Positions 1 through 7,288 of a stretch of 32,000 bases of DNA are shown piece by piece. The DNA comes from Ignicoccus pacificus DSM 13166 (GTDB lineage: Archaea; Thermoproteota; Thermoprotei_A; Sulfolobales; Ignicoccaceae), in contig CP006868.1 of NCBI GenBank assembly GCA_025340205.1, positions 1,650,001 to 1,682,000 of the forward strand, read 5' to 3'. The translations under genes and the position numbers were made by a program. The notes under the pieces were generated by a model. It searched no databases, was not told the DNA's origin, and worked only from the letters and a program-made list of their open reading frames with translations. Positions within the stretch are counted from its first letter, which is position 1. Each line of letters starts with the position of its first letter.

Positions 1-1
1 C

Positions 2-196
2 AAGAAGGTGGAGTCTAAGGAGTTCATTAAAGATGCTATACATAAGGTACTAGAGTTCATGCCTCCAGAGAAGGTCTACGTGAAGCCGGACTGCGGTCTA
101 AAGATACTCGGTGATAGGGACATCGCCTTCCAGAAGATGAAAGTGATGGTAGAAGCTACCAAGGAGGTAAGGAAAGAGTTAGGGTATGAGGAGTGA
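2..196 (+). CDS. metE: 3' end of a cobalamin-independent methionine synthase (MetE-type catalytic domain). The 5' part lies upstream of the window.
   Basis: The frame is open from the window edge. The tail ...EKVYVKPDCGLKILGDRDIAFQKMKVMVEATKEV carries the conserved PDCGLK zinc-ligand Cys motif typical of MetE C-termini. Confidence 0.6.
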   Translation, partial: KKVESKEFIKDAIHKVLEFMPPEKVYVKPDCGLKILGDRDIAFQKMKVMVEATKEVRKELGYEE

Positions 197-853
197 TCAT
201 TCCTTTTTAGCGTAGAGCTCCAGTAGGTTGCACTTCTCGTTGGCGCTGCTCAACGCGCCCTTGAACTCATCAAGGGAAGTTATCACTATGGTATCAGTTC
301 CTACGCTTATGTTTATCGCTATCTTGTCTGGACACATCTCTCCCTTTATCGCTCCTTGACACTCTTCGCCTCCTAGGAGACCCTCTATTCTGAGACAACT
401 CGTAGTTTCTATTTGGGAGAGCGCGTCGTAGAGCAGCGTCAGATCTCCTTTCGCAGCTGCGTGGAATTCAACCAAGTTTCTGAGTTCGACGGGAGCGGAA
501 ATAGTCAATGAGACTCTAGCCATAGGATTTTCCTCAAGATCTATTTCGACTTTGTGTTCGTCGAGCTCTATTATTTCCGCGTACCCCTCGGCTCTGTCTA
601 AAGCTTGCTCTAATATAGGAATAGCTTCGGTACCGACGAGCAGTCTTCCGTTCTTCTCAATTTCTAGTCCCACCACTCTATTCTTGTTCATTTCTATCCT
701 TATCAATACAGTATCGTTACCCACCCTACCGTCGAAGACTATTCTTCCTATGAACTTTTTCGAGGAAAGGTCGATAAGTAGGTCCCTCAAGCTCAGCTCA
801 AAGGGACCTACTCGCTTGAAGCCGATGGTCTTTCCTCTGCTAATGAAAGGCAT
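197..853 (-). CDS. Hypothetical protein with an N-terminal DUF4388/PATAN-like domain, possibly tandem (ORF A, last gene of the minus-strand operon).
   Basis: 218-aa ORF. Its ATG lies 2 nt after the stop of the upstream ORF. The N-terminus GPFELSLRDLLIDLSSKKFIGRIVF...NKNRVVGLEI...GTEAIPILEQAL...GYAEIIEL follows the DUF4388 pattern as I remember it (G-x-L-x-x-x-S-L-x-D-L-L...G-x-I-x-F...G-x-V-x-x-A...G-x-E-A). Confidence 0.65.
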   Translation of the reverse strand: MPFISRGKTIGFKRVGPFELSLRDLLIDLSSKKFIGRIVFDGRVGNDTVLIRIEMNKNRVVGLEIEKNGRLLVGTEAIPILEQALDRAEGYAEIIELDEHKVEIDLEENPMARVSLTISAPVELRNLVEFHAAAKGDLTLLYDALSQIETTSCLRIEGLLGGEECQGAIKGEMCPDKIAINISVGTDTIVITSLDEFKGALSSANEKCNLLELYAKKE

Positions 854-855
854 CT

Positions 856-1311
856 CTAGCGTTCACCTCCAGCCTTCTTTAACTCCTCGACGACCGTGTT
901 AAAGTTTGGAGTTTCTGGGGAAACTATGTACACTGAGAAAACGCTAGCCCCACGACCTATTAGTATGAACAAGTGGTCCTTGAAATCGCTCTTCCTCGAC
1001 TCGACGAAGAATATAACGTTCTCGAGCTCTTCCCTAAGTTCCTTAAACATTCTAGCCGTATCGTCTTGAAGATCCTTCCCTAAAACTAAGAAGGATTTGT
1101 GAAGTACTATTCTCGGTTTCTCATTAAGGAGTTGACCTTCAGGTGGTTTAGTCTTATAACCCAATATCTTGTACCTCACGAGCTCTCGTCTGCTCTGGAT
1201 GGTTATCGCGGAAACGGCAGTTCCTATCTCACTTAGTTCGTTACCTAACTGTTCGATCAGTTTCTTGAGCTTGTTGATGAAGTCATCGGCACCAAAGCCA
1301 ATTATTATCAT
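856..1311 (-). CDS. Hypothetical 151-aa protein (ORF B). It may have a Roadblock/longin-like alpha-beta fold, but this is unproven.
   Basis: ATGA start/stop overlap with the upstream ORF at 1308-1311. No P-loop or TM segment. The helix-then-strand pattern KLIEQLGNELSEIGTAVSAITIQSRRELV is only weakly Roadblock-like. Confidence 0.5.
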   Translation of the reverse strand: MIIIGFGADDFINKLKKLIEQLGNELSEIGTAVSAITIQSRRELVRYKILGYKTKPPEGQLLNEKPRIVLHKSFLVLGKDLQDDTARMFKELREELENVIFFVESRKSDFKDHLFILIGRGASVFSVYIVSPETPNFNTVVEELKKAGGER

Positions 1312-2048
1312 GCCTTCACAACCCCCGTAACAACGTTTTTCGCTTTTTCAACAATTCTTCTATCTATTTTGAAGTTTATTGGAGGACACGAAAGAGGTTT
1401 AGCATGGGTAACTATCCACTTGCCCGGACTTTCTATTGGGTAATTAAACGCGTCCGCGCCAGTTATGGGTTCAACTTGCTCTGGCATGGAAAGAGAAGCA
1501 CCTATCACTACCTTATTACAGATCACGATATCGAGTACCCACCTATCAGTAACTGAAACTATGTTGTATGCCATCGTATCTGCCATCAACAAATCCTTTA
1601 GTGTTAACACCGGTGTATCAACGACTAGTAGATCACTTCCCCACTTCTTGTCGTCGACGGCTACAGAGCCGGGTTCAAATAAGTGAATGACCGGAAACAA
1701 TATTCCTTCGAGAACGACACCTTCTGTTACGACGACCTCTTTTATTAAAGAGAGGAGAGACTCTATAGAGTCCAACTTTATGTAATCTTTGTCATTGCTT
1801 TCGACGATGAGTTCAGGATCACTCATTTCTATTATGCTTATATCTACATCCCTACCTATTGAGAAGGCCGTTAAATCACCCTTGTACGCTATAGGTACAC
1901 CGTCAACCATAAGAATGTCCAAGGTAGGCCACTTGACAGAGATCTTACCCTTCAAGCCTTTAGAACGAGCATAGTTCAAAGCATTTAACATGTTCTTATA
2001 TTTATGAGTCAGCTGGCCACAACTCCAACATATATCCATAACCATCAC
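1308..2048 (-). CDS. Hypothetical 246-aa protein with a C-terminal DUF4388/PATAN-like domain (ORF C).
   Basis: Its start (GTG 2048 or ATG 2045) overlaps the TGA stop of the upstream ORF. The C-terminal segment LTLKDLLMADTMAYNIVSV...DIVICNKVVIGASL...ITGADAFNY repeats the motif seen in ORFs A and D. There is an N-terminal CWSC pair. Confidence 0.6.
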   Translation of the reverse strand: MMVMDICWSCGQLTHKYKNMLNALNYARSKGLKGKISVKWPTLDILMVDGVPIAYKGDLTAFSIGRDVDISIIEMSDPELIVESNDKDYIKLDSIESLLSLIKEVVVTEGVVLEGILFPVIHLFEPGSVAVDDKKWGSDLLVVDTPVLTLKDLLMADTMAYNIVSVTDRWVLDIVICNKVVIGASLSMPEQVEPITGADAFNYPIESPGKWIVTHAKPLSCPPINFKIDRRIVEKAKNVVTGVVKA

Positions 2049-2695
2049 CCCGGAAGGATCCTTTCAATACCGAAGTCAGACAAGTATCTCAACGCAATTT
2101 CGACGATACGGTCCCAAGGGATATCGCCGAGTATTTCAACGTGTAACCTTGCTGTTCCATTATCGACCTTTAACCTGAATTCCCTGACATCGGCTCCTAA
2201 GGCCTCTAATTGATGCAGAAATCCGAGCACCGCTTTGCCCAAAGACACTATTCCGTACGAAGCCACGTATCCGCTGGCAACGTCGGAGCTCACGAGGGCG
2301 TCTGCAGACATTTCTTCAAGGAGAGAAATTTCTTCTGGTGGTGGGTAGAAGAGTATGTTGACGAGTTTGGGTGAACTCTTTAGATCGTCAAGCATCTTCC
2401 TCCAAGCCTCTTCGCCTTTTAACTCGCCCCATTTCGCATCGTGTATGGTACCATTGCATACCACAAAGGAGCCTCTCTTACCTTTGGGAATTTCTACCTC
2501 TATTTTAACACATGAGGAGTCCTTTATCTTCTGCATCGAGGAGACCAAACAATCTCCCGTACCGTTTGAATATCCTATGGGAATCAGCTTGATTAGAGTC
2601 GAAATAGTTGATCCCACCTCTAAACAAACTTCAATAGAAATAAAGCTTAACTGAAGAGTGTTGAGGGGGTAAGCCCAATCGTGAGTGGTGATCAC
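2045..2695 (-). CDS. Hypothetical 216-aa protein with a DUF4388/PATAN-like domain (ORF D, first gene of the minus-strand operon). The start is uncertain.
   Basis: Segment CVKIEVEIPKGKRGSFVVCNGTIHDAKWGELKGEEAWRKML matches the G-x-I-x-x-A...G-E-E-A core. The maximal GTG start at 2695 overlaps the 5' end of the divergent ORF E. The alternative ATG at 2536 would cut into the domain. Confidence 0.55.
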   Translation of the reverse strand: MITTHDWAYPLNTLQLSFISIEVCLEVGSTISTLIKLIPIGYSNGTGDCLVSSMQKIKDSSCVKIEVEIPKGKRGSFVVCNGTIHDAKWGELKGEEAWRKMLDDLKSSPKLVNILFYPPPEEISLLEEMSADALVSSDVASGYVASYGIVSLGKAVLGFLHQLEALGADVREFRLKVDNGTARLHVEILGDIPWDRIVEIALRYLSDFGIERILPG

Positions 2696-3286
2696 TCGAA
2701 AAGCGTGAAAAAGGTGAAGGACGCTAAGGACGTCTTCACTGCTGTCCGAACGATAAACAAAGGTATAGCAATATTGCTGCTACTCAAAAAAGACCTAACT
2801 TGGAATAAGTACGTACTACACATCAGCGAACACAAGCTGGTCTCCGGAGAGCCGAAGATACCCACAGAGCAAGACTTCAAGGATGCCATTCTAGCATTGC
2901 TAATAGTTCCTAAGGTAAAGATAGTCGAAGAAGGAATTGAGAGAGTAGTCGAAAGCGCCGGACTAGATATTGAGGCGCTGCCCGACGATGTTAAGAAGTT
3001 GGTGCAACTAATACCCGGAATTGAGCTATTCATACCTGACAAGGAGCTGGTTGAAGCCAGCGTCGGTGAAACTATAATCCCCCCTGAGCAGATAATGGAC
3101 GAAGTCGTTAGAATAGTTGAAAATATGATCAATGAATTAGGATTAAAGGGAGAAGTAAAAGTGACCGGGCGCGAGCTCTATGTAGTGATTAGCAAGAGAG
3201 TTCCCAAGAAGTTAGTACAACAATTAGAGAAGGCCCTCAAGGCTAGGCTTGGAGACTTGTATGAGGTAAAGGTAACCACGGGGTGA
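2681..3286 (+). CDS. Hypothetical 201-aa protein (ORF E, first gene of the plus-strand operon).
   Basis: GTG at 2681 is preceded by GAGGGGGT (2663-2670). An alternative GTG at 2705 is preceded by GGTGAT. The stop lies 6 nt before the next ORF. Any resemblance of its N-terminus to the DUF4388-like pattern is weak. Confidence 0.55.
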   Translation: MSGDHSKSVKKVKDAKDVFTAVRTINKGIAILLLLKKDLTWNKYVLHISEHKLVSGEPKIPTEQDFKDAILALLIVPKVKIVEEGIERVVESAGLDIEALPDDVKKLVQLIPGIELFIPDKELVEASVGETIIPPEQIMDEVVRIVENMINELGLKGEVKVTGRELYVVISKRVPKKLVQQLEKALKARLGDLYEVKVTTG

Positions 3287-3292
3287 TGAATC

Positions 3293-4201
3293 ATGATATT
3301 CTTCTTCGGTAGGAAGAAAAAGGAAGAGAGCATTGTAGTTGGAATAGACAAGGACAACGTATTCGGGACGATGAGCCCCAAGGGAGGTGTCGGTAAGACT
3401 AGCATAACAGTAGAGATAGCCTTCCTTATCGCACAGAAAGACATCAGCGTTGCATTAGTTGACTGGGATCTGTGGTCTCCCAGGTTGACCAGCAGGCTAT
3501 TGGGAAGCAGCGAAGGCCCCGGACTTTTGGAACTCTTGCTCGGCGAGGCTAATCCTGATGAAGTAGTCAGAGAGGTAGAGTTCACCACAGTTACCGGTAA
3601 GGTAGTTAGGGTAAAACTAGTTCCCGCTTCTAGTAAAGAAGCCTTGGCGAAGGGTGAGGTCAAGAGACTAGCAAGCGAACTGGAACATAAGTACGACAAG
3701 GTGAAGGCAAGAGCAGTTGCACTATCCAATTACCTATCCGGTCTCAATGACATAGTCTTCAATGACTACCCCGTACCAAGCGGACCAGCCCCGGCACCCT
3801 TCCATAAGATAGCCGCCAGTGCCACCCATTGGTTAAACATAGTCATAGACGCCGTCCCCGTCACAGCCGAATACGCTGCTAGGTACGTGGAGATGTTCTA
3901 TCCGACGTTGCCGGTATTCGTAGTCTTCGTCAACATGATAAAGCCTGTCCACCATGAGTACAGCGCTGCGGTAGCGAGGGCTCCGGAGCTATGTAAGAAG
4001 TTCGCCGCGAAGTACGTAGCATTCATACCCTTCGACGGAAAGTTATATGACGTGAAGGTATCCGGAGCAGCGCCCCCAGCAAGCATCAATTACAAGCCCA
4101 CGGAGTCTGCAGCTTTGAAGGTATTGAGAGATGCGGCGATGAAGATAGCCAGGAGGGAGAAGCCTCCGGGATGCGTCGCCCTACATCTAAAGGTTCTTTA
4201 A
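3293..4201 (+). CDS. MinD/ParA-family (SIMIBI class) deviant Walker A ATPase (ORF F).
   Basis: Deviant Walker A SPKGGVGKTS with the signature Lys. A' motif LVDWDL. Hydrophobic-D Walker B (IVFNDYP). The MinD-like C-terminal region FIPFDGKLYDVKVSGAAPP. GGGTGA Shine-Dalgarno motif 6-7 nt upstream of the ATG. Confidence 0.8.
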   Translation: MIFFFGRKKKEESIVVGIDKDNVFGTMSPKGGVGKTSITVEIAFLIAQKDISVALVDWDLWSPRLTSRLLGSSEGPGLLELLLGEANPDEVVREVEFTTVTGKVVRVKLVPASSKEALAKGEVKRLASELEHKYDKVKARAVALSNYLSGLNDIVFNDYPVPSGPAPAPFHKIAASATHWLNIVIDAVPVTAEYAARYVEMFYPTLPVFVVFVNMIKPVHHEYSAAVARAPELCKKFAAKYVAFIPFDGKLYDVKVSGAAPPASINYKPTESAALKVLRDAAMKIARREKPPGCVALHLKVL

Positions 4202-4224
4202 CGATTAATAGGGGGTGAAGTATC

Positions 4225-4539
4225 GTGAAGAAAGAATGGCAGAATGAAGTCCAGAAGGTCCCAGGATATGAGGTAGCGTGGTACGTCGTCTATGAAGTAA
4301 GTGATGTGGAGATAGAGGTACTGGATTATGAAAACATAGACACAGCAACTATAAATACACTCAAAGGTATAGTTGCTAATATAATTCATGACTTAAAGGC
4401 AATATCCGAGAAAGAGCTGAAGGCAATACCAATAGAGAAAAGGAAACTGGACGTCGTCACCAGAGCTAAGGGTGGATACATCAGTATGAGCTTAGTTGCT
4501 GATAACATGCTAGTGATGGCAGGTCTTAGGAAGAAATAA
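4225..4539 (+). CDS. Small Roadblock/LC7 (MglB-like) domain protein (ORF G).
   Basis: 104 aa. GTG start preceded by GGGGGTGA at a 6-nt spacing. The pattern ...VQKVPGYEVAWYVV...(helix)...KLDVVTRAKGGYISMSLVADNMLVMAGL fits the Roadblock alpha-beta-alpha layout (L-x-x-V-x-G-V-x-x-A...L-x-V). This was recognised by eye only. Confidence 0.5.
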   Translation: MKKEWQNEVQKVPGYEVAWYVVYEVSDVEIEVLDYENIDTATINTLKGIVANIIHDLKAISEKELKAIPIEKRKLDVVTRAKGGYISMSLVADNMLVMAGLRKK

Positions 4540-4541
4540 AG

Positions 4542-4916
4542 TTACGACAACTTAGCTATAACCACCCTTACTCGCGATCCGTCCCAGATGGCCCTTATAT
4601 CAAAGGGCGCTTCGAGCTCTGATTCTGAGAATATCGTCTTGAAGATGGCTGTCGTAGACCTTAATGATTTCGATGCCATTACAGCGTGAGCGAGGATAGG
4701 AACCAACTGCGAGAGGACCAAGTCCTTGCTAGGATCAACTAACACTGTCATTCCAGGATAGCTTGCTGAGCCGGCTCCCTCTCCCTCCCATTTCTCATTA
4801 AGAAGCTCCAATATTTCTTTGATTCCATTTATGTTCTCGCTGAGCACTTTTTCCATAGCTTCTATTAGTTCCTTGAAGTTGTTGTATTTGGCTACTTCAA
4901 ATGGCAACGTTCTCAC
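4542..4916 (-). CDS. Hypothetical 124-aa protein, translationally coupled to the upstream aminopeptidase gene.
   Basis: GTGA start/stop overlap with the pepA stop (4913-4916). I recognised no motif. Confidence 0.5.
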   Translation of the reverse strand: MRTLPFEVAKYNNFKELIEAMEKVLSENINGIKEILELLNEKWEGEGAGSASYPGMTVLVDPSKDLVLSQLVPILAHAVMASKSLRSTTAIFKTIFSESELEAPFDIRAIWDGSRVRVVIAKLS

Positions 4917-6217
4917 CTACCCATTTTCTTGAGAGTTCTCAGCATAAGTCTAGTGCCCCAACCGGTAGGATAGGGCGAGCACCAGCTAGCTCCGATGCTA
5001 TTAGCCATAGCCGGTCCGGCTATGTCTAAGTAGACCCATGGCTCTGGTGCGAATTCTTTTAAGAACAAGGCTCCCATGATGCTTCCGGCTTGCCTCTTCT
5101 TGCTTATGTTAGCTATATCTGCCGCCGGGTGAGACAAGTACTCCTTATACTTCTTGTATAGGGGCATCCTCCAGACGAGCTCTCCAGTCTCCTTCGATGC
5201 TTCTTCAACAACCTTAGCAAGTTCATCATCGGTAGCATAGAGCGCTGCTATGTCATAGCCTAAAGCTATTATCTGGGCACCAGTTAAGGTCGCTAAGGTA
5301 AAGGTTACGCTGGGTGAGTATTTCTTGGCATATGTTAGAGCATCAGCGAGGATCAAGCGTCCTTCAGCATCTGTATTAGATATATGGACGTACTTTCCGC
5401 TATAACTCTTAATGATATCCTCGGGTTTGTAAGCTCTGCCGGAAATCAAGTTCTCAGCAAGAGGTACCAAGGTAACCAAGTTAACGTCTAAGTTTAGCTT
5501 CGCTGCCCAAATAGTGGCCGAGGTCACCGCCGCTGCGCCGCTCATGTCAGCGTGCATGCCCTCCATGTAGTTAGGAGGCTTCAAGTCGTACCCTCCTGCA
5601 TCAAATGTGACACCCTTTCCAACCAAGGATACCTTCTTCCCTCCACCGTTGTACTCCAAGATCATGAGCCTGGGGGGTATGTCGGAGCCCTTACCGACGG
5701 CTAGTAGTAAGTTTAATCCTTCCTTCTCTAAGTCTTCCTTCTCTAATACAGTAACCGAGATCGGCAGACCTCTAACGACCTCTCTTACCCTATCAGGGAA
5801 GGTTCTGGGATTGAGTTGATTTGGAGGTTCACTAGCTAATTCTCTTGCGAACATTTGTGCCCTAGCATGTTCTAACGCTTCCTTCAACTCATCACAATCT
5901 CTTACAACAAAGTAAACAGTTCTTTCTTTTTTGTCAGATTTATACTTATCGAAGTCCCAAGCGGTTAAGGCTAACCCAGTAACTATAGCATACGGGTTGT
6001 CTACCTTGCGGAGGTCTACTACGGAGAACTTGAATTTCTTGAGTGATTTTCCTAAACCATATCCCGTTTCGAAGGGATCCTCCTTGTTGTAGACTGTTAG
6101 GAGCTTGAGAATACCATCCTCCTTAACTAGTAGCGACTTCACACCTTTGGTATCTTCAGGTAACAAGGGAACGCTTGCCCTTTCCAAGAGTTCATTTTCT
6201 GAATCAAGGAACTCCAC
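4913..6217 (-). CDS. pepA: Leucyl aminopeptidase, peptidase family M17.
   Basis: M17 signature NTDAEGRLILADAL, metal-site region VGKGVTFDAGGYDLKP, 434 aa. Confidence 0.9.
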   Translation of the reverse strand: MEFLDSENELLERASVPLLPEDTKGVKSLLVKEDGILKLLTVYNKEDPFETGYGLGKSLKKFKFSVVDLRKVDNPYAIVTGLALTAWDFDKYKSDKKERTVYFVVRDCDELKEALEHARAQMFARELASEPPNQLNPRTFPDRVREVVRGLPISVTVLEKEDLEKEGLNLLLAVGKGSDIPPRLMILEYNGGGKKVSLVGKGVTFDAGGYDLKPPNYMEGMHADMSGAAAVTSATIWAAKLNLDVNLVTLVPLAENLISGRAYKPEDIIKSYSGKYVHISNTDAEGRLILADALTYAKKYSPSVTFTLATLTGAQIIALGYDIAALYATDDELAKVVEEASKETGELVWRMPLYKKYKEYLSHPAADIANISKKRQAGSIMGALFLKEFAPEPWVYLDIAGPAMANSIGASWCSPYPTGWGTRLMLRTLKKMGR

Positions 6218-6412
6218 CTTTACACCGGGTAACGTCGAAGGCTCCGAAGTAGTGCATTGAAGATTCAGCAGGGCTCACACCCGTTAGTCACACCTTAATA
6301 TCCCCTTTAAGGGGTAGCCTTAGGCACTTCATACTCGAGAAGTTTCTCGGTTTTTATGAGCGATGAGGTGAACCGGCAAATCTGATAGGTGATGAGTCAG
6401 AGTTACGCCGAG

Positions 6413-6760
6413 CTATATTTTGAAGAATATATGAAGCAGAACGTATACTATAGCAGCAATAATCAAGTTACTGAGCACAGTTTTCCATGTTAACTCTTTC
6501 AGCTTATCGGCGGCGGCGATGAAGAGCATTGCAAGACCTAAAACGTTTGTCAAGGTATAGCCTATCCAATAACCTATATCAAAACTGACTATTGGTCTGA
6601 GTGCCATTGCTATAAGAATAGCAAGTGGAATGTTGACGAAGCTATCGTTCCAAGGGGTTAATGGTGAAAGCATGAAGCCTATGAAGGCTACGGCTGCTCT
6701 GATCAGATGCGCCGGGCGTTTACGTCCTCCCTTGACGGTCTTGCCGGTGGTTCTCATCAT
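6413..6760 (-). CDS. Small integral membrane protein (about 3 TM segments) with a basic N-terminus.
   Basis: 115 aa. Hydrophobic segments AAVAFIGFMLSPL, IPLAILIAMAL, VLGLAMLFIAAA and LIIAAIVYVLLHIFF. It starts 18 nt downstream of the small Cys-rich ORF on the same strand. Confidence 0.6.
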   Translation of the reverse strand: MMRTTGKTVKGGRKRPAHLIRAAVAFIGFMLSPLTPWNDSFVNIPLAILIAMALRPIVSFDIGYWIGYTLTNVLGLAMLFIAAADKLKELTWKTVLSNLIIAAIVYVLLHIFFKI

Positions 6761-6778
6761 CTCAAGTTTTGGAAAGCG

Positions 6779-6943
6779 CTAGTCCTTAATAAAACCGGTA
6801 CAGTAGATACACTTACATAGCTTAGAATTAGGATCGTACATATAGGCATGACAGAAGTTGTCTTGACACTTTATGAAACACTCTTCTTCACTTTCTATAT
6901 CATTAAAAGTTATGTCTCTTATCGCTGGTTCTATCTTCTTCAT
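6779..6943 (-). CDS. Untracked 54-aa six-cysteine small protein (MKKIEPAIRDITFNDIESEEECFIKCQDNFCHAYMYDPNSKLCKCIYCTGFIKD).
   Basis: I translated this by hand. It is below the 60-aa cutoff of the ORF track. The ATG at 6943 lies 5 nt after the TGA of the upstream 101-aa ORF, with an AAGAG stretch between them. The stop TAG is at 6779-6781. Cys pattern C-x3-C-x4-C...C-x-C-x2-C. It exactly fills the gap between two same-strand genes. Confidence 0.5.
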   Translation of the reverse strand: MKKIEPAIRDITFNDIESEEECFIKCQDNFCHAYMYDPNSKLCKCIYCTGFIKD

Positions 6944-6948
6944 CTCTT

Positions 6949-7254
6949 TCACTCTAACTCTTCCAATACTTCCTCTGGTATGTGAGCGGAGGGAGCTCTT
7001 AGCGCTTTACGGGCCAGCTCCCTAGCTATCGGATTAAGTGACTTGAATTCGTCAGATTCTATGTCTATCTTCTTTATCTTGCCCTTGTACTTATCCTTTT
7101 TCTCCTCTAATTCCTTTGGAGGTATGATGAATGCTGTGAACTTCGGGTTGGTCTCAGATGGGATCCTTCCAGTTGCAATGGCTACGTGAACCTCTCCGTC
7201 TAAGCCCCTCCTGGCTCTCACGATATAGACGTCTACGTCCACTGGCTTGTACAT
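6949..7254 (-). CDS. Hypothetical 101-aa protein downstream of nurA.
   Basis: The ATG at 7254 lies 34 nt after the nurA stop on the same strand. It has a charged K/E-rich centre. I recognised no motif. Confidence 0.5.
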   Translation of the reverse strand: MYKPVDVDVYIVRARRGLDGEVHVAIATGRIPSETNPKFTAFIIPPKELEEKKDKYKGKIKKIDIESDEFKSLNPIARELARKALRAPSAHIPEEVLEELE

Positions 7255-7288
7255 CTACTCTCCCTCTCGGAGCTTGAAGAAAAAGGGA

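Noticed and set aside
2692-3729. Long antisense ORFs (2692-3132, 146 aa; 3178-3729, 183 aa) opposite ORFs E and F.
   Set aside because: Their Ser/Thr/Leu-rich, low-complexity composition is typical of the reverse frame of K/E-rich thermophile genes. They have no motifs and are fully shadowed by better-supported genes. The same reasoning applies to 552-902, 8260-8559, 9205-9558, 15204-15488, 15752-16117, 24376-24810, 25724-26128 and 27108-27490.
3293-4539. ORF F plus ORF G read as a SegA/SegB-like or ParA/ParB-like chromosome or plasmid partition cassette.
   Set aside because: G is not basic and shows no ribbon-helix-helix or HTH pattern, and it reads better as Roadblock-like. I saw no nearby repeat array resembling a centromere. 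There are no plasmid or integrase genes, and the cluster has five further co-operonic genes.
6302-6314. Small hairpin CCCC-TTTAA-GGGG in the 195-nt pepA upstream spacer.
   Set aside because: With only a 4-bp stem it is too short to call a terminator or a regulatory structure. It overlaps an A/T-rich stretch that may simply be the pepA TATA region.
6355-6416. C/D-box-like arrangement: GCGATGA - 15 nt - CTGA - TAG - GTGATGA - 12 nt - CCGA.
   Set aside because: Both terminal boxes deviate from consensus (GCGAUGA and CCGA), one spacer is 15 nt, there is no convincing terminal stem, and the 3' end runs into the stop codon of the 115-aa gene. It is worth a look only if small-RNA-seq shows a transcript.
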